DNA of 46,688 nucleotides from Candidatus Helarchaeota archaeon (lineage in GTDB: Archaea; Asgardarchaeota; Lokiarchaeia; Helarchaeales; RDOG01): NCBI GenBank assembly GCA_029838215.1, contig JALGVI010000014.1, positions 1 to 46,688 of the forward strand, in the 5' to 3' direction. A program made the translations under genes and the position numbers. Under the pieces are notes generated by a model. It had not been told where the DNA came from and ran no database searches. It saw nothing but the letters and a program-made list of their open reading frames with translations. This document shows positions 45,940-46,688 of this stretch, one piece after another. Positions within the stretch are counted from its first letter, which is position 1; each line of letters begins with the position of its first letter.

Positions 45940-46688
45940 ATGGAAGAAAACGTTTATGATATGGGAGATATTGACATTGGCTGGTGTCTTGGCTGTGGAA
46001 ATTTTATCATCCTTGACTTGTTAAAAAAGACTCTTGTAGAACTGGGTATTGATCCTCATGACTTGGTAATTGTTTCGGGGATAGGTCAGGCGGCAAAAAC
46101 GCCTCATTATGTTAAAACTAATTTTATAAGCGGCTTACATGGACGGTCCTTGCCGATTGCAATGGCAATCAAAGCGGTTGATCCGGATCTTAAAGTCATT
46201 GCGATGAGCGGAGATGCTTGTACCTATGCAGAAGGCGGAAATCATTTAATACATGCAATTCGTCGAAATATCAACGTCACTAATATCGTTCATAATAACA
46301 TGATAATGGGACTCACGAAAGGACAATCTTCACCTACAAGCGAACGTGGCTTGATTACACCACTTCAGGTAACAGGTGTCATTAACGAACCGTTTAATCC
46401 ATTGAGATTTGCAATTGCTTTAGGGGCATCTTTTGTTGCAAGAGCATTTTGCGGAGACCGAGAGAAAACTAAGGAACTACTTATAGAAGCCATAAATCAT
46501 GAAGGATATGCACTTCTAGACATTCTCCAACCATGCGTGAGTTTCAACAAAATTAATACTTATAAGTGGTTTAAAGAGAAAACATATTATCTTGAAGATG
46601 ATCACGATTCTCAGAATATCGTCGAAGCATTCAAAAGAGCATCGGAAACAAGCAAGATTCCATTAGGCATATTTTACAGGGACAAAAA
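45940..46688 (+). CDS. 2-oxoacid:ferredoxin oxidoreductase beta subunit (KorB-like, partial, runs off window end)
   Basis: Manual translation from ATG 45940 gives [21 protein letters not shown]...VSGIGQA...LHGRSLP...[10 protein letters not shown]. Confidence 0.92.
   Translation, partial: MEENVYDMGDIDIGWCLGCGNFIILDLLKKTLVELGIDPHDLVIVSGIGQAAKTPHYVKTNFISGLHGRSLPIAMAIKAVDPDLKVIAMSGDACTYAEGGNHLIHAIRRNINVTNIVHNNMIMGLTKGQSSPTSERGLITPLQVTGVINEPFNPLRFAIALGASFVARAFCGDREKTKELLIEAINHEGYALLDILQPCVSFNKINTYKWFKEKTYYLEDDHDSQNIVEAFKRASETSKIPLGIFYRDK

Noticed and set aside
1-46688. CRISPR arrays, tRNA, rRNA
   Set aside because: No regularly spaced repeats or recognisable tRNA/rRNA sequence seen by eye. A tRNAscan-SE/Infernal run would be needed to exclude them fully.

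Overview
The gene content points to an Asgard archaeon (inference: Rab-like and MglA/Arf-like small GTPases, two longin-like proteins, three V4R-like proteins, FwdA, HdrA/MvhD, acyl-CoA dehydrogenases). The window opens inside an IS607-family element (tnpA 5' end, 1-81, minus strand). It continues through mixed accessory and housekeeping genes, including an RHH + aspartic-protease pair with a palindromic operator, a CdrS-like RHH gene upstream of a Rab-like GTPase, a 2-hydroxyacyl-CoA dehydratase pair, an orphan M.RsrI-like methyltransferase and a GTPase-longin pair. A minus-strand energy-metabolism cluster follows (acyl-CoA dehydrogenase, ferredoxin, HdrD-like, large HdrA-like, MvhD, HdrA, FwdA), then a TCA-type cluster (alpha-hydroxy acid oxidase, citrate synthase, aconitase A, SdhA/B) and 2-oxoacid:ferredoxin oxidoreductase alpha/beta. 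The strongest signal is that the ORF-track fragments at 26231-28048 belong to one 654-aa HdrA gene (26231-28195, minus). It carries two in-frame UGA codons at conserved Cys positions (CNU and DDCCIU), and a SECIS-like stem-loop follows in the 3' UTR, so it is a probable di-selenocysteine HdrA. Two small genes missed by the ORF track were recovered (CdrS-like RHH, CxxC-x17-CxxC). Two genes (sdhA, mvhD) appear to need non-canonical start codons. I recognised no rRNA, tRNA or CRISPR array. All homology calls are from recalled motifs, not database searches.
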